This document shows, piece after piece, positions 51,095 through 61,100 of a DNA stretch of 64,000 bases. Below the pieces are notes generated by a model. It saw only the letters and a list, made by a program, of their open reading frames with translations. It was not told the DNA's origin and did no database searches. Source of the stretch: [Chlorobium] sp. 445 (lineage in GTDB: Bacteria; Bacteroidota; Chlorobiia; Chlorobiales; Thermochlorobacteraceae). Each line of letters begins with the position of its first letter. The stretch's first letter is position 1. The position numbers were made by a program, and so were the translations under genes. The stretch is from contig NSLH01000007.1 of the NCBI GenBank assembly GCA_002763895.1, positions 41,169 to 105,168 of the forward strand, read 5' to 3'.

Positions 51095-52090
51095 ATGCCT
51101 CAAAACCAGCGTGCCGAACGAAACCGCACCCTCACGCTCACACAGAGCGAACTTGTCGCTTACTCCAAACGCCTCAAACAGCTTCAAGCTAAAGCCTCAC
51201 AGCACGATATTGAAAACAGCATTTTGCACAACGACCTCTTTGAAGTCCTTGACTTTCTGCCTGAAGTCTGTGTCGATCTGCTCATTTTAGATCCGCCTTA
51301 CAACCTTACCAAATCCTTTAACGGCAAGACCTTCAAAGCACGAACGACTGCCGAATACATTGCCTATCTTGAGTCGTGGCTACCCAAGCTGCTGAAGACC
51401 TTGAAACCGACGGCAAGCCTTTATCTATGTGGCGAATGGCGCATGTCAGCAGCGTTGCAACTTGTCTTGGAGAAGTATCTTATTGTTCGAAACCGTATCA
51501 CTTGGGAGCGTGAAAAGGGTCGGGCAGCCAGACGCAATTGGAAAAATTGCTCTGAAGACATCTGGTTTTGCACGCTCTCGGATGATTATGTCTTCAACGC
51601 TGAGGCAGTCAAACTCAAGCGCAAAGTGCTTGCGCCCTATCGTGAAAACGGTCTGCCAAAAGATTGGGAGGAAACCGCAGAGGGCAACTTCCGCCTGACC
51701 GCACCTTCCAACCTTTGGACTGACATCACCGTGCCGTTCTGGTCTATGCCTGAAAACACTGAACATCCTACGCAAAAGCCTGAAAAACTTATTGCCAAGC
51801 TTATTCTTGCAAGCTCTAACGAAGGCGACCTTATTTTTGATCCATTCTTAGGGTCGGGCACAACGGCAGTTGTAGCTAAAAAATTGAACCGTCGATTTGT
51901 AGGTATTGAGAAAGAAGAATACTACGCTTGTTTAGCAGCAAAGCGACTTGACTTGGCAGAGCAAGATAAAACCATTCAAGGCTATCACGACGGGGTATTC
52001 TGGGAAAGAAATTCACTACATGCGATAGCTAAGCGTCGATCCTTCAAATCCTTAGCACACACATGTCCGATAGATTTTCTGCAAAGATAG
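51095..52090 (+). CDS. Beta-class DNA N6-adenine/N4-cytosine methyltransferase (DPPY motif), solitary
   Basis: 331 aa. Motif IV …LILDPPYNL… precedes motif I …FDPFLGSGTTAVVAKKLNRRFVGIE… (beta-class order). No restriction-enzyme gene on either side. Confidence 0.75.
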   Translation: MPQNQRAERNRTLTLTQSELVAYSKRLKQLQAKASQHDIENSILHNDLFEVLDFLPEVCVDLLILDPPYNLTKSFNGKTFKARTTAEYIAYLESWLPKLLKTLKPTASLYLCGEWRMSAALQLVLEKYLIVRNRITWEREKGRAARRNWKNCSEDIWFCTLSDDYVFNAEAVKLKRKVLAPYRENGLPKDWEETAEGNFRLTAPSNLWTDITVPFWSMPENTEHPTQKPEKLIAKLILASSNEGDLIFDPFLGSGTTAVVAKKLNRRFVGIEKEEYYACLAAKRLDLAEQDKTIQGYHDGVFWERNSLHAIAKRRSFKSLAHTCPIDFLQR

Positions 52091-52170
52091 AAAATTCTGC
52101 ACTGTGCTTTGCTGCACTACGATGTTTAGCAGAGAGAATTTTCTATCTTTGCGTTTCTCTTTGTTGCCCA
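52091..52170 (+). terminator. Possible imperfect hairpin terminator after the methyltransferase gene
   Basis: AGAAAATTCTGCAC…GCAGAGAGAATTTTCT inverted repeat followed by a T-rich tract ATCTTTGCGTTTCTCTTTGTT. Confidence 0.3.
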
Positions 52171-52227
52171 AACCAAAGCAGCAGTTGTTTCAACGCTTGC
52201 AACCATACAACTTAAACTTAGAATGCT

Positions 52228-54061
52228 ATGTGCGGAATTGTCGGATACATCGGCAATAAAAATGCTGCTCCAATTTTGATTGAAGGCTTAAAAACGCTTG
52301 GAATATCGTGGTTACGATTCAGCGGGCATTGCACTGCTGAACGGTCATCTTGAAGTGCACAAACGCAAAGGCAAAGTCGCTGACCTTGAGCAAAGTCTGC
52401 CTGAAGACTTGCTTCATGCCACAATTGGCATTGGTCATACACGCTGGGCAACACATGGTGTGCCGAATGATGTCAATGCGCATCCGCACATTAGTGGCGA
52501 TGGCACTATTGCTATCATTCACAACGGCATTATTGAGAACTACGCCGCCATTCGCACACAATTACTCCGTAAAGGGCATCATTTCAAGGGTGAAACTGAT
52601 ACAGAAGTGCTTGCGCATCTCATTGAAGAAGTTACCTCTGAAGTTGAGTGCGATTTAGAAAGTGCCGTGCGCCTTGCGCTCAAAGAAGTGGTCGGGACGT
52701 ACGGCTTGTGTGTGATTTCATCGCGTGAGCCAGATAAGATTATCGTTGCGCGCAATGGTAGCCCGCTGCTTATTGGCATAGGTGAAGGCGAGTATTTTGT
52801 CGGCTCCGATGCCTCACCGATTGTCGGACACACACGCAAAGTTGTCTATCTCTCCGATGGTGAAATTGCAACGCTGACGCGCAATGGCTACAGCGTTAAG
52901 ACCATTGAAAACATCGAGATGCCTAAGTCCATCGAAGAACTCACCTTTAGCATTTCGGAAATTGAAAAGGGCGGCTATGAGCATTTTATGCTCAAAGAAA
53001 TTTATGAGCAGCCGGATTCGATTTTGAACTGCTTACGAGGTCGTGCCCTGCGCAAAGAAAATATGGTGCGGCTAGGTGGCATTCGTGAGCACCTTGAGAC
53101 CCTGCGTCGAGCAAAGCGCGTGATCATTTGCGCCTGTGGTACAAGTTGGCATGCAGGACTTGTTGGCGAGCGCTTGATTGAAGATCTTGCACGCATTCCT
53201 GTCGAGGTTGAGTATGCCTCAGAATTTCGCTACCGTAATCCCATCGTTGGCGAAGGTGATGTGGTCATTGTGATTTCACAATCAGGGGAAACGGCTGATA
53301 CGCTGGCGGCGCTGCGCGAAGCCAAATCACGCGGTGCACTGGTCATGGGCATCTGCAATGTTGTCGGCTCAACCATTGCGCGCGAAACACACTGCGGTGT
53401 CTACACACATGCTGGACCTGAAATTGGTGTTGCCTCCACGAAAGCTTTCACGGCACAAGTTACAGTGCTGGCGCTCATTGCCCTTTCGCTGGGCTACCGC
53501 CGAACACTGTCCGACGCTGAAGTAAAGAACTTTATCAACGAACTTTATCTTCTGCCCGAGAAAGTTCGACAGGTGCTTCTGCAAAATGAGACTATTGTGC
53601 GCATTGCTGAGACCTTCAAAGACGCACGCAATTTTCTTTACTTGGGGCGCGGCTACAATTTCCCTGTTGCACTTGAAGGTGCACTCAAACTTAAAGAAAT
53701 CTCCTACATTCACGCCGAAGGCTACCCTGCCGCTGAAATGAAGCACGGTCCAATTGCGCTCATTGATGAAAACATGCCTGTGGTCTTTATTGCAACCAAA
53801 GATGCCATCTACCACAAAGTTATCAGCAACGTTGAAGAAGTGCGTAGCCGGAAAGGTCGCGTCATTGCAATTGCCACCGAAGGCGATGATGCCATCAATG
53901 ATTTAGCTGAGTTTGTTATTCGTGTGCCTGAAACACTCGATGCACTTCTGCCTATTCTCACCGTTGTGCCGCTGCAACTCTTAGCCTATCACATTGCTGT
54001 GATGCGCGGCTGCAATGTCGATCAGCCTCGCAATTTGGCAAAGTCTGTCACTGTCGAATAA
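52228..54061 (+). pseudogene. glmS: Glutamine--fructose-6-phosphate aminotransferase, N-terminus displaced by a 1-nt insertion (GG at ~52299-52300)
   Basis: ATG at 52228 encodes MCGIVGYIGNKNAAPILIEGLKTL (the catalytic Cys2 N-terminus of GlmS) and then goes out of frame. The long ORF from 52298 continues EYRGYDSAGIAL… Deleting one G joins them into a canonical ~610-aa GlmS. Confidence 0.85.
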
Positions 54062-54078
54062 CACTTTGCTGGAAGGCG

Positions 54079-55107
54079 ATGACAGACACACTTCAGTTTC
54101 GGCTCTTGCAATTTGCGCGACCACTTGGTGCCGTGGCTGCAGCCTTTGCGATTGGAGCGATTTTTATTGCACTGATTGGACAAAATCCGCTTGAGATTTA
54201 TGAGAAGATGCTCACGCGCACATTTGGCACAGGCTATGGCTTGGGGCAAGTGCTCTTTCGCGCTACACCGCTTATCCTGACAGGACTTGCCGTTGCGCTT
54301 CCATACAAAGCTGGACTTTTCAATATCGGCGGTGAAGGGCAGGCTCTGATGGGCACGTTTTTTTGTGCGCTGGTCGGCACAGCGCTTCCCGCCTCACTTC
54401 CTGCTTGGCTTGCCATTCCAACCTGCTTGATTGTCGCTGCAGGCGTGGGCGCGCTTTGGGCTGGCGCTGCAGGTTTGCTGCGCGTTCGCTTTGGCATCAA
54501 CGAAGTGATTTCAACCATTATGCTCAACTTCATTGCACTTGCCATTGTGAGTTATTGGCTTGCACAAGTGGCCGTCAGCGGCACAGTGCGCACCGCTAAA
54601 ATTATTCCTAATGCATGCTTACCTCGCTTGGAATTCCTTGAATTTACCGCAAAGTCGCCCCTGAATGCCGCCATTTTCCTCTCGCTCCTGCTTGCTGTAC
54701 TCAGTAGCTTATGGCTCTCTCGTACGCGTTTCGGATATGAATTGCGTGCAGTTGGACTCAACGCTGAAGCAGCAAGGTATGCTGGCATCAACACCGGCTT
54801 TCATCTCTTTGCTTCCATGTGCATTGGAGGCGCCTGTGCAGGACTTGTTGCTGCAAACTATGTGCTGGGCTACCGGTACTACTACGAAGCCAATGGCGTC
54901 AGCGGCATTGGGTTTCTTGGTATCGCTGTTGCCATGCTTGCCAACGCCGACCCTCTGGGCATTTTGCTCTCAGCCTTGCTCTTTGGACTGCTCGACTACG
55001 GCGGGCTCACCATCAATGCGGATGTACCAAAAGAAATTTTCCTCATTGTGCAAGCTATCGTTATTCTTTTTGTGATTGCCGTGCAGCCATCTTCAACGAA
55101 GTCGTAG
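54079..55107 (+). CDS. ABC transporter permease (BMP/nucleoside-simple-sugar family, COG4603-like), without partner genes
   Basis: 342 aa, ~9 TM, with the family block …FGYELRAVGLNAEAARYAGIN…. Confidence 0.65.
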   Translation: MTDTLQFRLLQFARPLGAVAAAFAIGAIFIALIGQNPLEIYEKMLTRTFGTGYGLGQVLFRATPLILTGLAVALPYKAGLFNIGGEGQALMGTFFCALVGTALPASLPAWLAIPTCLIVAAGVGALWAGAAGLLRVRFGINEVISTIMLNFIALAIVSYWLAQVAVSGTVRTAKIIPNACLPRLEFLEFTAKSPLNAAIFLSLLLAVLSSLWLSRTRFGYELRAVGLNAEAARYAGINTGFHLFASMCIGGACAGLVAANYVLGYRYYYEANGVSGIGFLGIAVAMLANADPLGILLSALLFGLLDYGGLTINADVPKEIFLIVQAIVILFVIAVQPSSTKS

Positions 55108-55129
55108 GGCTGTTAGCGTGCATCGTGTT

Positions 55130-58100
55130 CTAATTGCCGATACCGATACGGAAGTTAAAGCCGATGTCTTGGCGCACCGACTCAAAGATTTGTCCCCCAC
55201 TGGCTTTTGGTGTGATACGCGAGTATCGCCAAAAGAAACTTGCATTGACGCGTGAGCTAAGGGCATAACCGATGCGTGGCTCAAAATTAAAGCGTACGGT
55301 GCCTATGCCTTGATTCAGACGTGGCTCACGTGCACCTGCAGGAAACGTAATTTGCTGGCGCTCTTCATCTGCTAGCGTAAGATTGAAACTCAAGTCTAAG
55401 GTATTCTCCAACACGGCGCCGTTAAAGGGCCAAAACTCCAACGGAATTTTCAACCCCTGCTTCTGGAAACTCATCGTAATTGAAAGCGATGCGCTCGTGG
55501 TCTGATCGAGTGTGTTATTAGCTAAAAGCAAACTCAAGGAGCGTGACGTGCCGTAAGAAATTGCCGTTGTCATACCAAATTTCCACTGCACACTTAGCCC
55601 GACCAGTGGCGAGAGTTGCTCTGTAACGGTCGAGTTTAAGACCTGTCGCTCATTGCCTGTTGGCTCCGTGTAGTTTGTCGTAAAGGTTGCGCTGTAGGCA
55701 TGCTCGAGTGTTGCCGAAGCAAAGAGATCTCGAAAGAAAAAGAAGTTTTCAAGACCAGTCCAACTAATTCTCCAATTAGGTAAGGGAAAGCGTGAGATAG
55801 ACAAGTCATCCATCCCGAAGAGTCTGCCCAGAGTTTGACCTAACGAGAACATTTCAAACCCGCGCTGAAAGGCTTTCGCCAGTCGCGCATTATCGCTTAA
55901 AAATCCACCGACGGAATCACGCGGAATTTGCTCAGCAAAACTTTCAATGCCTTTGAAGAGTGCCACAAACGACAGGGTTTGTGAACCAGAAAAATCATCT
56001 TGTGTGATTATGCCTGTGGCGCTGTTGATAATGCGGTTTTGATTATCTGTCCAGTTTGATTGAAAGTTGATATCGACCCGAAAATTCTCGGCAATGTTCC
56101 ATGTTGTCTGCGCTGCGATGTTTGTTGATTTTGTGAACGCATCAGGGAAGGTTAGCACGGTATTCCCGATAGGCTCTAAGCGCAAGCGTTCGCCGGGGTC
56201 GTTGCTTAGTCCGAGTTGATAGGCAAGCGAAGGTGGCGCTGGCAGATCGGCGCGCTGCCCAAGATTAAACGGAAAGAAGTTAAAAAATCCAGCTCCGCCT
56301 GCCACACCCACATTGCGATACGTATTCGTTTGCGAATAGCGAAGGCTAATTTGATCGAAGTTGGTAAAGACTTTGAGAATGCTGCCAAGCCCTGAGAGCA
56401 AGGTGCCCAGCGAGACCGCAGCAGAATCTTGCTGCAAGGAATCGACGGCGACCGCACCCAAGGCAGGTTGCCCAAACGGATTTTGGTAGTAGCCGCCCCC
56501 AGAGCGCGTCCCACTGAATTTGTTAATCAAGCTGCGTATGTTGAGTGATATATTGACGTTGAAATTTCCTGTGCTTGATGTCACATTACCTAGTGGTTGG
56601 ATAGCATCTGGCTGCGGATTTTGCCATGTATATTGCGCTGCGTAGTTGAAATTCAAATTTAGCCAATCTAAAATTTCAATGAGTTTAGGTCGCCAGTCAA
56701 AGGTGATATTTTGATTGTAGGTCTGATCGCGTCCGAGTGTAAAGCGCGAAAGATCTTGCAGCACGCTGCTCCACACCTCTGATTCGCTACGTTCTGTTGT
56801 ATCAGCAACATTAAATACCGCTGAAAAAAGGTTTGACCCAATCACTGAGGAATATCGCATGCCGAATGTCTCGGTGATTTTGCCGTAGTCAATGTTCAGT
56901 GTGCGCGTTGCGTTGAAGAGTGCATTTGGCGTTGATGGCGGCTGACCACGATTTTGAAACTGTGCGCGTGAGCGTTGCAGTGCCAGCGATGTGCCTACGC
57001 TCTGTGGCAGGTAGTAAAACTTCCAGTCTTTATAGACATTGAGAATTGGGACTTTTTCCAAAAAGCGTAGGGGCTCGATGAAGAAACTGCCTTCTGAAGC
57101 GATTGGCAAACTGTATTCTGCGCTTGCCGACCATGACCACGAGTCGTTAAACGCTTGTACGGCAGAGCGCGAATTGGTTTGTGTGAAATTGTAGCCCAGA
57201 GCGATGCGATCGATGGTCAGACGCGCAAGCCAAAAATCTGAGGGTTGATTTTTCTGCACACGCGGAATACCAAACTGCATCGTTGTTGAAAAGGTCTGTG
57301 CTTGTCTGCGGATTTCTTCACCGAAGGCTCGTGCTTGTTCTTGTGTTGCACCGCGCTCGAGTGTATCGGCAACGATGCGGTCAATGGCTGCCTGTAGTTG
57401 AATATCGAACTGTCCTGGCTGAAACTTTGGCTCAGCAAATTGCTCTGCGCGTGCAAAAGTCATCGGAATAGACCAACCTGCTTCAGCTGGTAGAAACTTA
57501 TGCAAATTGACGTTGCCGCTAAGTGCCCAGTCTAACGAATTATTTTGAGCAGCAAGTTGATTGAGTCGCACATCAATAGCGTGAAAGTCAGCTGTGCGTC
57601 TTGAAAATGTAGCGCTTAGCGAGGCGAAGTCTGCTAATTTGAGTGTCGCATTTGTACGCACTGCCCAGCCTGCCTCCTGATTGTAGCCAGAGACACGCAG
57701 TTCATTAATCCAAATTACAGCAGTGTCAATCGTTACAGGCGCAGGATTGCGAATTCCAACTAAGAAAAATCGAACATTGCCGAGCGTCGGATTGCCCTGA
57801 ATAATAATTTCATGTCCATTTGGCAACCGCTCTCTGATTTGTCGCAGTGTATCGCGTGCGCGCAGTTTGAGTGCCGATAAGGCTTGCAAATCAATATCCA
57901 CTTCATTTTCGCGAGGCCACACCAGACGCGCCACAGCTTCATAGTCTGGGGAATTGAGTTCGGGCACCACCACGCTTGGCGATGGTTTCACAGGAATGCG
58001 ATACTCATAGTAGTTTTGTTCAATATCGTCGCCAAAGCGAATGATGGCTTGTGTGTTATTGGGGTCGAGTGGATTATTTGGGTTATAGATGATGCCACGT

Positions 58101-61100
58101 GCGTCTGCATGCAAAAAGGCACGCAATCGCCGATAGGGGTTAAGGTTAAAGCCTGTTCCTTGTCCGCCCAGCGCGAAGTTGCGAAACCCGCTGCGCACGC
58201 TGCCCGGCGTGATATTGCGTCCAATAATGACGAGTGACTGCTCATTGGCAAGAATATTCTGGTCGGGGCGCTGCAAATTGCGTGCGCGCTGTGCCCCGGG
58301 CGGAATAGCATAGACAGCGCTATTTTCTTCGACATTGATTGAAGCAATTGCAGATAGTGAATCGGTGCGTCGCCATTGTGAGCCGACAAAGTCGAAGGTT
58401 GCAAAGCCGATGCGTGCTGCTTGGCGAAAGCCATCCAGCCACAGCCGTGCATACGCGATGTTGCGAAAATCACCAATCTCACCCACACGATTCGTGAAAG
58501 CTTGCAGTGGAATGCGAAACTGCACCCAACCGCCATTGCGCTCACCGCCGCCAACAATGAATTTCCCGCGACCTTGACGCAATTCATTCGGATTGATAGG
58601 AATCGTATAGCGATAAAAACTATTCTGCCTATCTGTAGTTTGATTACCGTTGAGGTCCTCTGTATCAGGCAAAATTTTTGTGCCCACCAGTGCGCCTTGT
58701 GCGCTGCTGTTGCCTTCAGGATTCGCTACACGATCTAGCACACGAATGTCTGTGCCAGAAAAGTTATCTGCCGCAGGGTCTTCTTGCAGACGTAGAAACT
58801 CAGGATTATTCGCACCTAAAATTTCACGCGCACCGTTGATAAATGCACTATGGATTTGCCGTTCCAAAGCATCCGAGATTCCGTCCAGTCCTACATCTTC
58901 CGTGCCAACATCACCTGTATTGATTACCCCATTGACACGTGCCGGACTGGTGTTGATGAGGAATCGTCCATATCCATCTCGACCGATATCGTTTGGATTG
59001 TCGTTTTGTCCATTAGGGTCGGAGGAAATAGGCATCCCGTCTTCGGTATTCAAGCGCCCGTTGGGAATAACATCCTCGCTGATAATGCCCAAATCTAGAT
59101 ACAGATTGCCGGTGTCATTACCTGCACCCGACTCCAGCGCTTCATACTTGAACCAAAATTCAATAAACTCTACGTTCGCGTCTTGAATATTGCGCACAAA
59201 CTGTGGAAAGCAGCGCATCACACCTGCCCATGCACTATCGGGGCGTGTCGTTTGTGCTTGCCGTAGAAAGTTCAGCGAGAAATTGTACTGTCCGCGCCGA
59301 CGTGGGAAATATTCCAGGAAAAAAGGTCGCTGTTGCAGTTCTTCGCGTGCGGCACGGCGGTTTGGAAAAATCACATTTGTAGGCACGTTGCGTGGGTCGC
59401 CTTGCGGCAGTCGATACCACGAAAGATAAGCGCGCTGGGTTTGACGCACAGAGTCTTGAAACAGTGTTGGGCTAGGTATGTTTGCTGGCGGCGAAGCCAG
59501 CGTCCAGAGGTTGCTCTCTAAGCCGAGTGTGAGGTTTTGTCGTGAGCCTTCGAAGTCGTCAATGAAACTTACACCATCGGGGTCTATTGGTGTTTGCAAC
59601 TCGCTGGGTGTGCCGGGCAAGACTTGCGCAAACTCTGCGCTCAGTGTCAGTTCCGACGGTTCTCGTGTGCTTAGCAATGGCAGTTCATCAATGAGACGTG
59701 TTAGCCAGGGCAAGTCAGATTTGAACTGCATATCGAAGCCATAGATGCGGTTGAAAATCGGCTCATCGCCCACGCGTACTTTGTCGGCAAGCGGGCGTTC
59801 AGCATATTGCAAGAAGGTGCCGCCAAGTTTGAAATTTTCGTTGAAGACATATTCGGCACGCGTGCCCAGAATAGTACGCGCCGCAAGCAAGACAATGTCG
59901 TTGCGTTCATACTCTACACGTAAGTTTGCGCCCGGCGACAGCAGTTCTGGACGCAAAATCTGAACCTGCCCGAGTTGATAATCGACTGTGAAATCAACTC
60001 CTTCAGTGAGAGGCTGACCGTTGCTTAGGACGCGCACGCTGCCTTGTGCCAAATTGAAGCCAATTTGCAATGGATTCTGAATGCCACCACTAAACTTTGC
60101 ACGGATAATGTAGCGATTCTTTGTACCGGCATCGCTGGCTGTTGGTCGCTGCTGATTGAAATAAATTTCTTGATAGACAAAATTGCTATCGGCTGGATTC
60201 GTGAAATTGCCTGCAGCGTCCAGTCGACCTAACCGGCGCAGTTCGTCACGAATTTGTTTATCGAACGGGCGCAAATAGGGAAAGATGATGAGACCGCGCT
60301 GTGGGTCTATGGTCAAGCCTGGAATAAAGTCAAAGCGTTGATCGGGCGGCGGCACATTGTTCGGATTAAAGCGGTCTAAGCCCAAGAGCGAGATGAGAAA
60401 TCCGCTGCCCGGAATCGGTAAGTTTTCTTGCTCGGGCGGCACATTGCCCGGCACAGAGTACAGCACTTTGAGACTAAAATTCTCTGGCGAGATGTTCTGT
60501 GCGCGTAAGCTATAAATGTTTTTGAGCATCAAAAGCCATGCGCCTTGATTGCTACTGGTCAATTGCGGGGGTTTGATAAGTTTGAGCACCAGTCTGCGTC
60601 GGGGCGGGTCGTTTGAAAAATCACCAATTTGCACAGGCGGCAGACCTTGGCGAGTAAATTGGTAAGAGACCGCAATGGCATCGCCGTCATTGACAGGGCT
60701 TCGAAATGAAATGTAGCCTAAGCGTCGGTCAATGGTGTAATCTTCCCCTTCTCTGAGCAAAATAAATTCACCCACAATGCCTTGTCCGACCGGCAAAGTC
60801 TCTAAGGTATCGGCATTGCGAAATCGATTGAGTATTGCTTCGCTTTGCGCTTCGGGCACATCATAGTAGCGTGGGCGTGGAAAGGCAAAGCCGACACCAT
60901 CTTCCAACTTGCGTGCATCATAGGGTTCATCGCCATAGTTAAAGAGTGCTACAGCGGCACGACGTTCTGGGAATTGCTGAGCGCCTTGTTCCGGCAACCG
61001 CCACACCTCTACTCTGCCTAGTTGTCGCCCTTCTTGATCTTGTGGCACAATCACTTGTGGCAATTGTGTGGAAAACGCTTTATCCCAGTTTGTCGCATAG

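Noticed and set aside
51095-52090. Methyltransferase as part of a restriction-modification or defence island
   Set aside because: There is no endonuclease, helicase, specificity subunit, integrase or other defence-type gene within 10 kb on either side. Flanking genes are core metabolism (fni, glmS).
52091-52227. Possible glmS ribozyme/riboswitch in the leader of glmS
   Set aside because: The leader is only ~137 nt, lacks the conserved glmS ribozyme core, and the organism is outside the Firmicutes-like distribution. The inverted repeat there is better explained as the terminator of the methyltransferase gene.
57988-59186. Several 60-200-aa ORFs on both strands inside the sprA coding region (for example 57988-58587 minus, 58650-59186 plus)
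   Set aside because: They are fully embedded in a 7.3-kb continuous ORF with consistent protein-like composition. They have no start context and low-complexity translation. They are typical antisense and out-of-frame artefacts of a long gene.
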